Below, piece after piece: positions 53,737 through 64,000 of a stretch of 64,000 bases of DNA; the first letter of the stretch is position 1; each line of letters starts with the position of its first letter. The notes under the pieces were generated by a model. That model was not told the origin of the DNA. It ran no database searches and was given only the letters and a program-made list of their open reading frames with translations. Position numbers and translations under genes: made by a program. This stretch comes from an uncultured Solirubrobacterales bacterium (GTDB lineage Bacteria; Actinomycetota; Thermoleophilia; Solirubrobacterales; Solirubrobacteraceae), in contig CAVOMT010000003.1 of the NCBI GenBank assembly GCA_963697115.1, forward strand, positions 24,833-88,832, read 5' to 3'.

Positions 53737-54458
53737 GAGCGCTCGCGGCGGTCGGCGAGCGCGCTCGTGCTCGCGGTCACGTTCAGCGCCTGCGAGACGA
53801 CGGCGGAAAAGAGCGCGAAGCTCGAACGGGCCGCCCACCACACGCGCCTGGCCGAAAAGGGCTTGACGATCGCCACCGCCAGCCGGCGAGGTGCGCGTGC
53901 TGAGCGCGACGATCGTGCACGGCCACGAAGGCAACGCGGCGGTAATCACGCTGCAGAGCACCGCCGCGCAGACCTTGCGCGCGGTCCCGATCGCGATCAC
54001 CGTGAAGGACGCGCACGGCGCGACGCTCTTCCAGAACGACACCGCGGGCCTGGAACCGGCGCTGACCTCGCTCGGCTCGCTCGCCGCGCACAGCCGAGCG
54101 ACGTGGATCGACGATCAGATCCTCGTCTCGGGCACACCCGCGAGCGTCAGCGCGACCGTCGGCGAAGCGCCGAGCGTGAGCGGAGCGCTGCCGCGAATCG
54201 AAGTGCAGGGGGTTCACGCAAGCGAAGAAGGCGGCACGCAGGACGCGGCGGGCACGGTGCACAACGCCTCGAACGTGACCCAGCAGAGCCTCGTCGTCTA
54301 CGTGCTCGCGCGCCGCGCCGGCCAGGGTGGTCGCGGCCGGCCGCGCGGTGCTCCCGGAAGTCGGCGCGAACGCGTCTCTGCCGTTTCAGGCCTTCCTTCA
54401 GGGCGACCTCAGCGGAGCGCAGCTGGAAGCGAGCGCTCCGGCGACCAGACTCGAATGA
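53733..54458 (+). CDS. Hypothetical lipoprotein with beta-rich domains (frameshifted)
   Basis: TTGA overlap with pstB; lipobox FSAC. Confidence 0.65.
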
Positions 54459-54548
54459 CAGCACGACTCGCCCCTTCGACGGGTTGGTTGAGGAGCATGA
54501 GCCAAGCCTCTAGAGGAACTGCAGCGTGCAGCCAGAAGCACAAGGCAA

Positions 54549-55595
54549 ATGTCTGGCACCTTTGAGGACGCTCTCGCGATCCGCAAGGCCATTGCCGATC
54601 TCGGTTTCGATATCTACGAGCCGCTCATGAGCCATCCCGAGATCGTGTACTCGACAGCTGAGCTGGAGACACTTCTGGAGCAGGAGTTGCTGGACCAGGT
54701 CTTTGATGCGCCCCTCAGGACAAGAGGAAAGCTTGCAAAGCAAGCCGTGGCCGCAGCCTTGGGCTATCCAGTTCCGGAGACACTGAGAAGAACACAGCCG
54801 CGCTTCCCGGGTCAAGATCTCGATGTGTACGTGCAGCAAAGCGACAACCTGCAGATCTGGAACGCCGAGGTCACTCCAACTCGTCGTTACGCCGTCCTGC
54901 GTGTCGACGCAGCCAACAGAGTGGTGGCGGTTCGCGTCGTCGAGGGTACCGAACTGGCAGTGTTCGATAGGACTGGAACCCTGACGAGCAAGTACCAGGC
55001 ACAGCGTCGAGCGGGCAGAATGGGCAGCAACTTGGTGTCACCCGACGATACTGAGACATTCACCACAGCGCTCGCCCCAGCGGACGAGCTTGGCGCCGAA
55101 GTATTGGCTCAACTGCAGCCGGCAAGCACTCCGCAGCACAGCCAGGTCTTCAGTGTCTCATCCCTCCATAAGCGACTCTTGGGGCTTGTAGGATGCAGGT
55201 TGCCGTATTCGCCTAGCGAGAGACAGCGAGGAGAGCAGTTGCACCGTGCTGCATGTGAGGCACTTGGGCTAGGGAGCTATGCAGATACAGGTCAATTCCC
55301 CGACATCACGTGTCAAGCCCTCGAGGTAAAGCTGCAGCTGGCTGGAACCATCGACCTAGGTCTCGTAACGCCGGACAGCCAAGAACCAGCCCTAACGCTC
55401 TCACCTCGCTTGCGGCATTGCGACGTTCGGTACCTAATCGCATATGCAGAGCGCGAGGACGATGTGTTGCGTATAAAGGAAATCGTGACGACAACCGGGG
55501 CCAGTTTCTTTGAGGAGTTCCAACGTTTCGGCGGGCGCGTCCAGAATCGCAAGTTGCAACTGCGCCTACCGAACGACTTCTTTCAGTCCAAATAG
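54549..55595 (+). CDS. Putative type II restriction endonuclease
   Basis: FPDITCQALEVKLQ PD-(D/E)xK motif; convergent with a methylase; lower GC. Confidence 0.75.
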   Translation: MSGTFEDALAIRKAIADLGFDIYEPLMSHPEIVYSTAELETLLEQELLDQVFDAPLRTRGKLAKQAVAAALGYPVPETLRRTQPRFPGQDLDVYVQQSDNLQIWNAEVTPTRRYAVLRVDAANRVVAVRVVEGTELAVFDRTGTLTSKYQAQRRAGRMGSNLVSPDDTETFTTALAPADELGAEVLAQLQPASTPQHSQVFSVSSLHKRLLGLVGCRLPYSPSERQRGEQLHRAACEALGLGSYADTGQFPDITCQALEVKLQLAGTIDLGLVTPDSQEPALTLSPRLRHCDVRYLIAYAEREDDVLRIKEIVTTTGASFFEEFQRFGGRVQNRKLQLRLPNDFFQSK

Positions 55596-57260
55596 CTCAA
55601 AGACTGCGGAATCGAGCGCGGACTCGACCTTGGCCACGAGCTCGGAATCCGTAGCAGGGTCCCGCTGCCTCATCAGTTTGACCATCTCTGCGATGTCTCG
55701 CATGGCGGCGGAACTTACCTCCGGAATGGGCAATTCTTCGAGGTACTGGGTCATGAAGCGCCGCCGGCCCGCATAGAGACGATTGCCACAGCAGAGATCG
55801 TAATATTGCAAGGCAAAGGACGAGTTCGCCACCGCCAGAGCCAGCATCGTCTCGGTTTCCGACTGCTTATCGCAGGACAGCCAGTAGCAATCCCCGTTTA
55901 CGACAGAGCCGCTGCAATCGAGGAAAAACCGGGGCCGATCTGAGATGTCAGGCCACACGAGCTTTGGCGCGGCCCACGCGTCGGGCTGCTGCGGCACCCA
56001 TATCTCATACCAGGCCCGTCCGGCATTGCGCACATACTCTCGCCCTTCGAGTCGCTCTCGATGCCTCTCCAAGTAGGTGGCCGCGCGAGGAAAGCCAGAG
56101 AGGTCCACCGGTCTCCGTCGCCCTTTCTGCATCTCATATGGATACAGGACTGACCGCATCCCTCCCGCGCTGTCTTGCGCCCGCCAACGTGCAGCCACTC
56201 GGTGAGTTATCAGTGGGCGGAGAAGTACATGCTCTGGCTGCATCTCTTTCGGAAGGTCATCCCACGACGGCCGAATGAAGATGCTGTCGGCGGTAGTCTT
56301 AATCCCTACACGAATCGGTCCGATATCACCCATTCGAGCAGCAGAGTGCTTTGCGACCATGCCAAGCCAACGCAAACCGCCAGGTGAGGTCAAACGCCAG
56401 GGCCGCTCTGCGCTCGGCTCGATGAGTGCGCCACGCTCGATGGCAAACCGCCGGTCCTCGACCCTCACCGTCCCCTCGGTCCCCGCTTCGAGTGCGCTCA
56501 ATAGGGACCTGTTGTCCGTAGCGTCCCCCGAAGATCCCGTGCACTCGTACACGCGAACGAAAGTACCGTGATCAGCGACGGTTGCATTCACACGTCTAGC
56601 TATCACCACTGCAGGGAGAACGGCAGCCTCGAACAGCTTCGTGTCCCCGAGATCCCAAATCTCTGAGATCTTGTAATGCCTTAGCAACAGAGATCGCAGC
56701 GAGTGACCGCCCTTCGTCGTGAGAAATCGGTTCGAACACAACAGGCCAAGCATCCCACCCTCATCCAGAATGGCTGTCATAGCTGCGACGAAGGCGTGGT
56801 ATAGATTGATGCGACCGGTCAAGCCAAACTGACGACCGAGTGCCTGGGCTCGTGCCGACCCGAGCACCTGTGTCCGCACGTAGGGCGGGTTCGAGATGAC
56901 CAGGTCGTACCTCGACGGAAGCTCTCCCTGCTCCATCTTGGGTGCGAGGAAGTCGTCGCAGCGGACAATTGTGCTGGCGGCGTAAGCACTACCAAGACGT
57001 TCATTGGCAGCGGTCACAGCCACCTCGTCGCGGTCAATCCCGACGAGGTGGGGAGCAGGCGACCCCGTCGCCTCGATTGCACAAGCCACAGCCAACAGCA
57101 GCTCACCGTCGCCGCATGCCGGATCCAGCACCGCGAGCGGTTGTCCTCCGCCCATCTCGGCAAGCGCTCTACGCGCCACAAAGCCAGCGAGATGCGAGGG
57201 GGTGTAGTGCACCCCATGACTCTTACGAGTCGTGTGGCGCTTGCGGACAGTCGGCGACAC
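55566..57260 (-). CDS. N6-adenine DNA methyltransferase (TaqI/Eco57I-like)
   Basis: GVHYTP, VLDPACGDG, ISNPPYVR, TaqI_C-like KLVWPDIS; GTG start. Confidence 0.92.
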   Translation of the reverse strand: MSPTVRKRHTTRKSHGVHYTPSHLAGFVARRALAEMGGGQPLAVLDPACGDGELLLAVACAIEATGSPAPHLVGIDRDEVAVTAANERLGSAYAASTIVRCDDFLAPKMEQGELPSRYDLVISNPPYVRTQVLGSARAQALGRQFGLTGRINLYHAFVAAMTAILDEGGMLGLLCSNRFLTTKGGHSLRSLLLRHYKISEIWDLGDTKLFEAAVLPAVVIARRVNATVADHGTFVRVYECTGSSGDATDNRSLLSALEAGTEGTVRVEDRRFAIERGALIEPSAERPWRLTSPGGLRWLGMVAKHSAARMGDIGPIRVGIKTTADSIFIRPSWDDLPKEMQPEHVLLRPLITHRVAARWRAQDSAGGMRSVLYPYEMQKGRRRPVDLSGFPRAATYLERHRERLEGREYVRNAGRAWYEIWVPQQPDAWAAPKLVWPDISDRPRFFLDCSGSVVNGDCYWLSCDKQSETETMLALAVANSSFALQYYDLCCGNRLYAGRRRFMTQYLEELPIPEVSSAAMRDIAEMVKLMRQRDPATDSELVAKVESALDSAVFELFGLKEVVR

Positions 57261-57262
57261 CC

Positions 57263-57894
57263 TCAGCGCCGTCTGCGCTTCAGCGTGATCCCCTCGAGCA
57301 CGTGCGCGACCGTCTCGCACGCGTCCACCGCCGCCTCGAGCGACTCGAAGATGTCCTTCCAGCGGATCACCACCATCGGGTCGATGCCGCCCGCGAACAG
57401 CGAGGTCACGGCGTCGCGCTGCAGACGGTCGCCCTCGTTCTCCAGCCGGTGGATCTCCACCAGGTGGGGTCCGAGCTCGCCGCCGCTGTGCAAGCAGCGC
57501 AGCGCCCCGAAGATCTCCGCGCCGGCGCGCGACGAGCACGTCGGCGAACTCCACCGCCTGCTCCATCGGCGCTTCCACGCCGTACAGGTCCAGCTGCGCG
57601 GCGGCCTGCTCGGTGTAGTCGACCACGTCGTCGATCGCCGTCGCCAGCGCATAGCCGTCGCCCGCGTCGAACGGCGCGCGCACCCGCCGCCCGCCGCCCA
57701 TGCGGTGGATGATGTCGTGGGTGATGCGATCGCCCTCCTGCTCGCACGCGCTCAGACTCCTGCGCCAGCGAGGCGTGCTCGGGGAACGCTCCCAGCAGCT
57801 CGCGCAGCAGCAGCGCCGAGCGCTCGACGTTGCGCCCCGCGTCCTCCAGCAGCGCCGCCAGGGTCGTGTCGATCGGACGCGCGAGAAGACTCAT
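57263..57894 (-). CDS. DUF47 family phosphate transport regulator (frameshifted)
   Basis: LATAIDDVVD, IHRLENEGD, IRWKDIFESLEAAVDACE. Confidence 0.88.
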
Positions 57895-57934
57895 CGCGCG
57901 GAGATTATGGACATCAGCCGGCGCGGCGGGCTCT

Positions 57935-57973
57935 CTTCACGAGTTCTTCACGACTCGATCACGACTTCGCAAC
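57935..57973 (+). promoter_or_regulatory. PHO box array
   Basis: CTTCAC 57935, CTTCAC 57946, GATCAC 57957 at exact 11-nt period, between divergent DUF47 and the regulator. Confidence 0.8.
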
Positions 57974-58002
57974 CCGTCCGCACGCCGTCCGGGCGAGGCT
58001 AT

Positions 58003-58467
58003 GTGCCCGTGGCGGCCGCTGCCGACAACACGAGCACCCTCTATGCCGGCGAACTGGAGATCCGGCTCGGCGAGGGTCTCGTGCTGGCCACAGGGCGCGC
58101 GCTCACGCTGTCGGTGCGCGAGTTCGAACTGCTCGCCGCGATGGCCCGGCACGCCGGCGCGATCGTCACACGCGAGGCGCTCTACTCCGAGGTCTGGGGC
58201 GGTGAGCTGCGTCCGGGCGACCGCTCGGTCGACGTGTACGTGAGCAAGCTGCGCGGCAAGCTCGAGACGGCGATGCCCGACCGGCGCTTCATCCACACCC
58301 ACCCGGGCTTCGGCTACCGCTTCCAGCCCCAGCCCGCGCGCGAGACCGGCGCCGCCGGCGGCGGAAGCGCCGAGGCAAGCGAGCCCGTCGACGTTTCCGA
58401 GATCGCCGAGCAGTCCACCGAGGGGCTTTTACGAAATGTTCACATCGGTGCGGTCGGCGATTCGTGA
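58003..58467 (+). CDS. Stand-alone OmpR/PhoB winged-helix protein (no receiver domain)
   Basis: LSVREFELL, REALYSEVWG, RSVDVYVSKLRGKL, THPGFGY. Confidence 0.85.
   Translation: MPVAAAADNTSTLYAGELEIRLGEGLVLATGRALTLSVREFELLAAMARHAGAIVTREALYSEVWGGELRPGDRSVDVYVSKLRGKLETAMPDRRFIHTHPGFGYRFQPQPARETGAAGGGSAEASEPVDVSEIAEQSTEGLLRNVHIGAVGDS
58427..58443 (+). promoter_or_regulatory. PHO box upstream of the second pstS
   Basis: TTTTAC 58427 and GTTCAC 58438. Confidence 0.7.
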
Positions 58468-58570
58468 GACTGACGCAGGCAACATCGGCCGGCAGGGACT
58501 CCGCTTGCGTGCGAACGCTCGCGGCGCGACGACCGGCACCCACATAACCCAGTAGAGGGAGAGACTCTCA

Positions 58571-59713
58571 GTGATCCATAACAAGATTGGCGCGCTCGCA
58601 GGCGTCGCGGTGCTGGCGCTCGGCCTCGGCGCATGCGGCTCCAGCTCCTCAAGCTCAAGCTCGTCGTCCTCGAGCAGCACCGGAGGCACGATCTCCGGCG
58701 CCGGCTCGACGTTCGCCGCACCGGTCTACCAGCAGTGGGCATCGTCGCTCTCGCCCCTGACGGTCAACTACCAGGCGGTCGGCTCGGGAGCGGGAATCAC
58801 CTCGCTCGCGGCCAAGACCGTCGACTTCGGCGCCTCCGACCCGCCGCTGAAGCCCGCCGACTTCGCGTCGCTTGAAAAAGTCGGCCCCGTCCAGCAGATC
58901 CCGATGTTCCTGGGCGCGATCACTGTCTCCTACAACCTCCCCGGCGTGCAGACCGGCCTGAAGCTCGAAGGCATCGACGATCGCCGACATCTACCTCGGC
59001 AAGATCAAGACCTGGAACGACGCCGCGATCAAGGCGCTGAACCCGGGCGTGTCGCTGCCGAGCACCCCGATCACGGTCATCCACCGCTCGGACTCCTCCG
59101 GCACCACCGCCGGCTTCACCGGCTTCCTCTCCGCGGTAGACCCCGAATGGAAGTGCGAAGGTCGGCGAAGGCAAGGACGTGCAGTGGCCGACCGGAACGG
59201 GCGCCAAGGGCAACGCCGGCGTCGCCGGAGCCGTGCAGCAGACCGACAGGCGCAATCGGCTACGTCGAGCAGGCCTACGCGCTGCAGCACAACTTCACCT
59301 ACGCCTCGGTGAAGAACCAGCGCCGGCAACTTCGTCGCGCCGAGCCTGGCCTCGACCAGCGCCGCCGCCTCGGTGGTGGTCGTGCCGGCGAACCTCGGGA
59401 TCAAGATCTCCAACCCCGATCGGCGCGCAGGCCTACCCGATCACCTCGCAGACGTTCGTGGTGGTCTACAAGGACATGTGCAAGGCCGGCATCCCCGGCG
59501 GCGAAGCGGCCGCCAAGGGCGTCGTGCAGTTCCTCGAACTACGGTCTCGGCTCCCAGGGCCAGTCCGTGCTCGCCCAGGCCGACTACGCGGCGCTGCCGT
59601 CCTCGATCCTGGCGAAGTCCAAGGAAGCCGTGACGAAACTCGAATGCAACGGCTCGCCGCTGCGGCTGATCGCGCACGCACGTCACTCCATGACCATCGC
59701 CGATCGGGTATAG
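58571..59713 (+). CDS. pstS: Phosphate-binding lipoprotein PstS (frameshifted; end approximate)
   Basis: Lipobox [30 protein letters not shown]. Confidence 0.93.
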   Translation: MIHNKIGALAGVAVLALGLGACGSSSSSSSSSSSSSTGGTISGAGSTFAAPVYQQWASSLSPLTVNYQAVGSGAGITSLAAKTVDFGASDPPLKPADFASLEKVGPVQQIPMFLGAITVSYNLPGVQTGLKLEGIDDRRHLPRQDQDLERRRDQGAEPGRVAAEHPDHGHPPLGLLRHHRRLHRLPLRGRPRMEVRRSAKARTCSGRPERAPRATPASPEPCSRPTGAIGYVEQAYALQHNFTYASVKNQRRQLRRAEPGLDQRRRLGGGRAGEPRDQDLQPRSARRPTRSPRRRSWWSTRTCARPASPAAKRPPRASCSSSNYGLGSQGQSVLAQADYAALPSSILAKSKEAVTKLECNGSPLRLIAHARHSMTIADRV

Positions 59714-59720
59714 ACAGGTT

Positions 59721-60756
59721 ATGGAGGCCGCATCGCTTGCGACCGGCGGGCGCTCGATTCTCGGGCGCTCGCCGGTCGCACGCCTACCCGATCGCGCGCT
59801 GCGCTACGGCCTCACCGCGCTCGCGGCGCTGATCCTCGCGCTGATCGTCTACTTCTTCTTCCGCCTCGCCGGCGAAGCGCAGCCGGCGTTCGCCAAGTTC
59901 GGCGTCCTCGGCTTCACCTTCGACAACGACTGGAACGTCTCCGCCGAACAGTTCGGCGCGCTGCCGCTGGTCGTCGGCACGCTGATCACCTCCGGCCTGG
60001 CGCTGCTGATCGGCGTGCCCGTCGCGGTCGCCACCGCGATCTACGTCACCGAGCTCTGCCCCGGGCGCATGCGCGCGCCCGTCACCGTCCTGATCGAGCT
60101 GCTCGCGGCCGTGCCCTCGGTCGTGTACGGGCTGTGGGGCATCTTCTTCCTCGCGCCCAAGCTCGTGCCGGCCGAGCAGTGGATCGCCGACACGCCTCTC
60201 CTTCATCCCCTTCATCGGCGGGGGCGTCGTGACGATCCCCAACATCTTCGTCGCCGGGCTGATCCTCGCGATCATGATCCTGCCGATCGTCTCGCGCGAT
60301 CTCGCGCGAGGTGATGGCCACCGTGCCCTCCGACCACAAGGAGGCCGCGCTCGGCCTCGGCGCCACGCGCTGGGAGATGATCCGCCTGGCCGTGCTGCCC
60401 TACTGCCGCGGCGGCATCATCGGCGGGGCGATGCTCGGCCTCGGCCGCGCGATCGGCGAGACGATCGCGGTGACGATCATGATCGGCGACGCCCCGCAGA
60501 TGCCCCAGCACCTGTTCGGCCAGGGCTACGCGCTCGCGGCGGTGATCGCCAACGAGTTCGGCGAGGCCCAGGGGCTGCACCGCTCGGCGCTGTTCGCCGC
60601 CGGCCTCGTTGCTGTTCGTGCTGACGCTGCTCGTCAACGCGATCGCGCGCCTGCTCGTGCTGCGCGCCGCGCGCGCCCGCGCGCCCCAAGCGCAGCCGCC
60701 CGCGACCGCGCCGAGGGCGCGCCCCCCAGCGATCGCCGGGAGCGGCCGGGCTGTGA
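59721..60756 (+). CDS. pstC: PstC permease (frameshifted)
   Basis: ELLAAVPSVVYGLWG, EAALGLGATRWE, GRAIGETIAV. Confidence 0.92.
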
Positions 60757-61686
60757 GCACGCCATCGACCGCCGGCGGCGGCCGCAGCCGCGGCAGCGGC
60801 CATACGCCGGCCCGGCGCCTCGACCGCTACGCGCTCACCCCCGCGCGCAGGCGCCGCGACCGGCTCGCCCGCGGCGCGATCCTCGCCGGCACGATCCTCG
60901 CGCTGATCCCGCTGCTGCTGATCGTCTAGTACCTGCTCAGCAAGGGCCTCGGCTCGTGGAGCTGGAGCTTCTTCACGACCGACCCCACCGGCAACACCTT
61001 CTTCAAGAACTCCACCATCGGCGGCATCAAGAGCGCGATCCTCGGCACGATCGAGATCGTCGCGCTCGCCTCGGTGATCTCGATCCCGATCGGCATCGGC
61101 GTGGCGGTGTGGCTCGTCGAGTACGGGCGCAGCGGCTGGTTCGCGAACACCGTGCGCTTCTTCGTCGACGTGCTCACCGGCGTGCCCTCGATCATCTTCG
61201 GCCTGTTCATCTACATCGCGCTGATCATCGGCACCGGCAGCTCCTACGCCGGCTACAAGGGCTCGCTCGCGCTGGCGCTGCTGATGCTGCCCGTCGTGAT
61301 CCGCTCGGCCGAGGTGATGCTGCTGCTCGTCCCCGGCGCCCTGCGCGAGTCGGCGCTCGCGCTCGGCGCGCCGCGCTGGCGGGTGATCGGCAGCGTCGTG
61401 CTGCCGACCGCGCTGCCGGGGATGGTGACCGGCATGCTGCTCGCGATCGCGCGCGCCGCCGGCGAGACCGCGCCGCTGCTGTTCACCGCCGGGCGCGACC
61501 TTCAAGACGAGCACCAATCTCGGCGGCTTCATGAACTCGCTGCCCGTGCAGATCTACAACGACGTCACATCTCCCACCACAGCCGTGGTAAACCGTGCGT
61601 GGGGCGCCGCGCTGACGCTCGTCGCGATGATCCTCATACTCAACCTCATAGCCCGACTCGTCGCGCGAAGGAGTCGCCTTGCATGA
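60753..61686 (+). CDS. pstA: PstA permease (in-frame TAG at 60927 and a frameshift, probably errors)
   Basis: [32 protein letters not shown]. Confidence 0.9.
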
Positions 61687-62655
61687 CCACGCCTCACCCC
61701 CAACACCGACGCCAACGGCTTCGCCGCTGCGCTCGAGACCGCCGACGCCCGCAGCGATACTCGACCCCGACGGACCAGCCACGATGGATCCCGACGAGCT
61801 CGCTGAGCCCAGCCAAGCCCGCGCGCCCGGCGCCCACGCGCCCGGAGGTCTCGCGCCGCGAGCAGGTCCGCCGCGCTGGGCAAGCCCGGCCTGGGCGTGC
61901 GCCTGCAGGGGCTGCGCGCCTTCTACGGCGAGGCCGAACAGGTCAAGGGCGTCGACCTCGAGTTCCGCGCCAACGAGGTGACCGCGATCATCGGGCCCTC
62001 GGGCTGTGGCAAGTCGACGATGGTGCGCTGCATCAACCGCATGCACGAGGAGATCCCCGGCGCGCACGCCGAGGGCAGGGTGCTGCTCGACGACTTCGAC
62101 GTCTACGACCCCTCGGTCGACGTCGTCGCGGTGCGCCGCGCGATCGGGATGGTCTTCCAGAAGCCCAACCCCTTCCCGACGATGTCCGTGTTCGACAACG
62201 TCGCCGCCGGCCTGCGCCTGACCTCGCACGGCCGGCGCGCGCGCTCGAAGGCCGCCCAGCAGCCAAGGTCGAAGCGGCGCTGCGCGGCGCGGGGCTGTGG
62301 GAGGAGGTCGCCGACCGCCTGCACGAGCCCGGCTCGGGCCTCTCCGGCGGCCAGCAGCAGCGCCTGTGCATCGCCCGCTCGCTGGCGGTCGACCCCGAGG
62401 TGATCCTGATGGACGAGCCCTGCTCGGCGCTCGACCCGATCGCGACGCTGAAGATCGAGGAGCTGATCGAGCAGCTCAAGGCGCGCGTGACGATCGTGAT
62501 CGTCACCCACAACATGCAGCAGGCCGCGCGCGTGGCCGACCGCACCGCGTTCATGCTCGACGGGCGAGCTCGTCGAGGTCGGCCCGACCGAGGAGATCTT
62601 CACCACCCCCAACGACCCCCGAACCGAGGAATATGTCACCGGCAAGTTCGGCTGA
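61683..62655 (+). CDS. pstB: PstB ATPase (frameshifted)
   Basis: [37 protein letters not shown]. Confidence 0.93.
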
Positions 62656-62659
62656 GCTC

Positions 62660-63497
62660 CGCGCCAGAGCGCCGACGCGCAGACGCGCGCGAGATCCCCG
62701 ACGCGCTCGGCGGCCCCGACGACGGCGCCGCGCCCGCTCCGGCCCAGGGCCGCGCGCACTTCCAGCAGCAGCTGCTGGAGCTGCAGGAGCGCGCGCTCGG
62801 CGGCCTCGATCTCGTCGTCGAGCAGCTCGACCGCGTGCTGGAGGCGCTCGACCACCAGGACGTCGAGCTCGCGCAGATGGTGATCGCCGACGACGACCGC
62901 CTCGACGGGCGCTACCTGGAGGTCCACCAGGGCATCCTCTCGCTGCTCGCCCTGCAGGCGCCCGTCGCCGGCGACCTGCGCCTCGTCGCGGCGCTGCTGC
63001 ACGTGATCATGCGCGTCGAGCGGATGGGCGACCAGTGCGTGAACATCGCCAAGCTGATCCCCCTCTCCGGCCACGAGCCGCCGGTGCGCCGCGAGGTGCT
63101 CGACGCGCTGCTGAAGATGGGCGCCCAGGCGCGCTCGGAGGTCGTCCAGTCGCGCGCCGCCTTCTCCGGGCGCGACGTCGAACTGGCCGAGGACCTCGTG
63201 CGCCAGGACCACGAGATCAACCGCCTGAACCGCGACATCTTCCGCATGGCGATCGAGATCGGCGAGGACCCCGACACGCGCGAGTGGGCGATGCACATGA
63301 TCCTCGTCGCCCGCGCGCTGGAGCGCATCGGCGACAACGCCGTGGACATCGGCGAGCAGGTCGCGTTCGTCGTCACCGGCCTCTTCCGCGAGTTCTCCGA
63401 CTCCTCCCATCCCGCCGGCGTGCCGCCGGACGCCGCGCCCGACACAAGCCCTGAACACCCTGCAGCGCGGCCCGCTCGCGCCCTCGCCCAGACATGA
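62660..63497 (+). CDS. phoU: Phosphate signalling protein PhoU (start uncertain)
   Basis: [31 protein letters not shown]. Confidence 0.93.
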
Positions 63498-63560
63498 CGC
63501 GCGACAGGCTCAGCGGCGCCGAGCGCCCTCGATCGACCTCGCAAATAGCGATTTTCGCTT

Positions 63561-63577
63561 GTGAACATCCTGTTACC
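63561..63577 (-). promoter_or_regulatory. PHO-type box upstream of the response regulator
   Basis: GTGAAC-ATCCT-GTTACC, 11-nt spacing. Confidence 0.65.
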
Positions 63578-63629
63578 GTGGGCAGGACGTTGCACACGGG
63601 GTCCGCGCGGTCCCCTACACTGCGCGGCG

Positions 63630-64000
63630 ATGACGGAAAGTATCCGCGCCACGGAGGAGGCGGCGCCGTCCAGCACCCAAGGCGGCACGCTCGCTGCGCA
63701 TCGCGGTGCTCGACCGCGACAGCGGCTTCATCCAGGTTCTCAGCAAGCGCCTGGACCGTCTCGGCTGGGAGCACCGCGTGCTCGCCGGCCCCGTCCCGAC
63801 CGACGCGATCGCCTCGATGCGCCTGAGCGCGCTGGTCGTCGACCTCGCGGTGCTCGGCCCGCAGGCGTGGGAGTGGCTCGAGCGCCTGTGCGGCGCGCTG
63901 CCCGAGCTCGGCGTCGTCGTCTGCACCGGCCCCTCGACCGTCGCCCAGCGCGTGCGCGGGCTGCGCCTCGGCGCCGACGACTGGATCACCAAGCCCTGCC
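63630..64000 (+). CDS. OmpR-family response regulator (PhoP/RegX3-like candidate), truncated by the window edge; frameshift near 63693
   Basis: Manual translation: IAVLDRD..LVVDL..VVCTG..RVRGLRLGADDWITKP. Confidence 0.8.
   Translation, partial: MTESIRATEEAAPSSTQGGTLAAHRGARPRQRLHPGSQQAPGPSRLGAPRARRPRPDRRDRLDAPERAGRRPRGARPAGVGVARAPVRRAARARRRRLHRPLDRRPARARAAPRRRRLDHQAL

Noticed and set aside
55566-57701. Apparent DUF47-methylase fusion
   Set aside because: Frameshift artefact; DUF47 has its own stop at 57263 and the methylase begins at about 57260
57935-57973. Short tandem repeats as a CRISPR or iteron array
   Set aside because: 11-nt period with no spacers and no cas or rep genes; fits PHO boxes
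60927-60929. In-frame TAG in pstA as possible recoding
   Set aside because: An isolated case in an error-rich region, with no pyl genes and TAG used as a normal stop elsewhere
61074-63497. 807-aa PstA-PstB-PhoU fusion ORF
   Set aside because: A patchwork of frames caused by indels; each gene has normal termini in other frames

Overview
High-GC actinobacterial DNA, most likely Solirubrobacterales/Thermoleophilia (inferred from the basic C-terminal tails of the exported proteins). Many single-base frameshifts look like long-read assembly errors. Almost the whole window is a phosphate-starvation (PHO-type) island. It holds two pstSCAB operons, phoU, a DUF47 regulator, two OmpR-type regulators, a PHP-glycosyltransferase fusion and uppP, with 11-nt-spaced GTTCAC-type boxes in front of most transcription units. 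The core (about 6.6-49.6 kb) is a twice-duplicated module I do not recognise. Each copy encodes a PKD protein, a TolB-like propeller, a BNR-like propeller, a ~1500-aa membrane-anchored protein with a catalytically degenerate metallophosphoesterase domain, secreted non-lipoprotein PstS-like protein(s), and an atypical FtsH. Several phosphate-handling folds in the module have lost their catalytic or binding residues. A rod-shaped hairpin at 6.4 kb carries two 11-mers complementary to the leader/RBS of one PstS-like gene. A HicA-like toxin-antitoxin pair and a type II restriction-modification pair are inserted. No rRNA, tRNA, CRISPR array or transposase was seen. All calls come from reading motifs by eye; no database searches were run.
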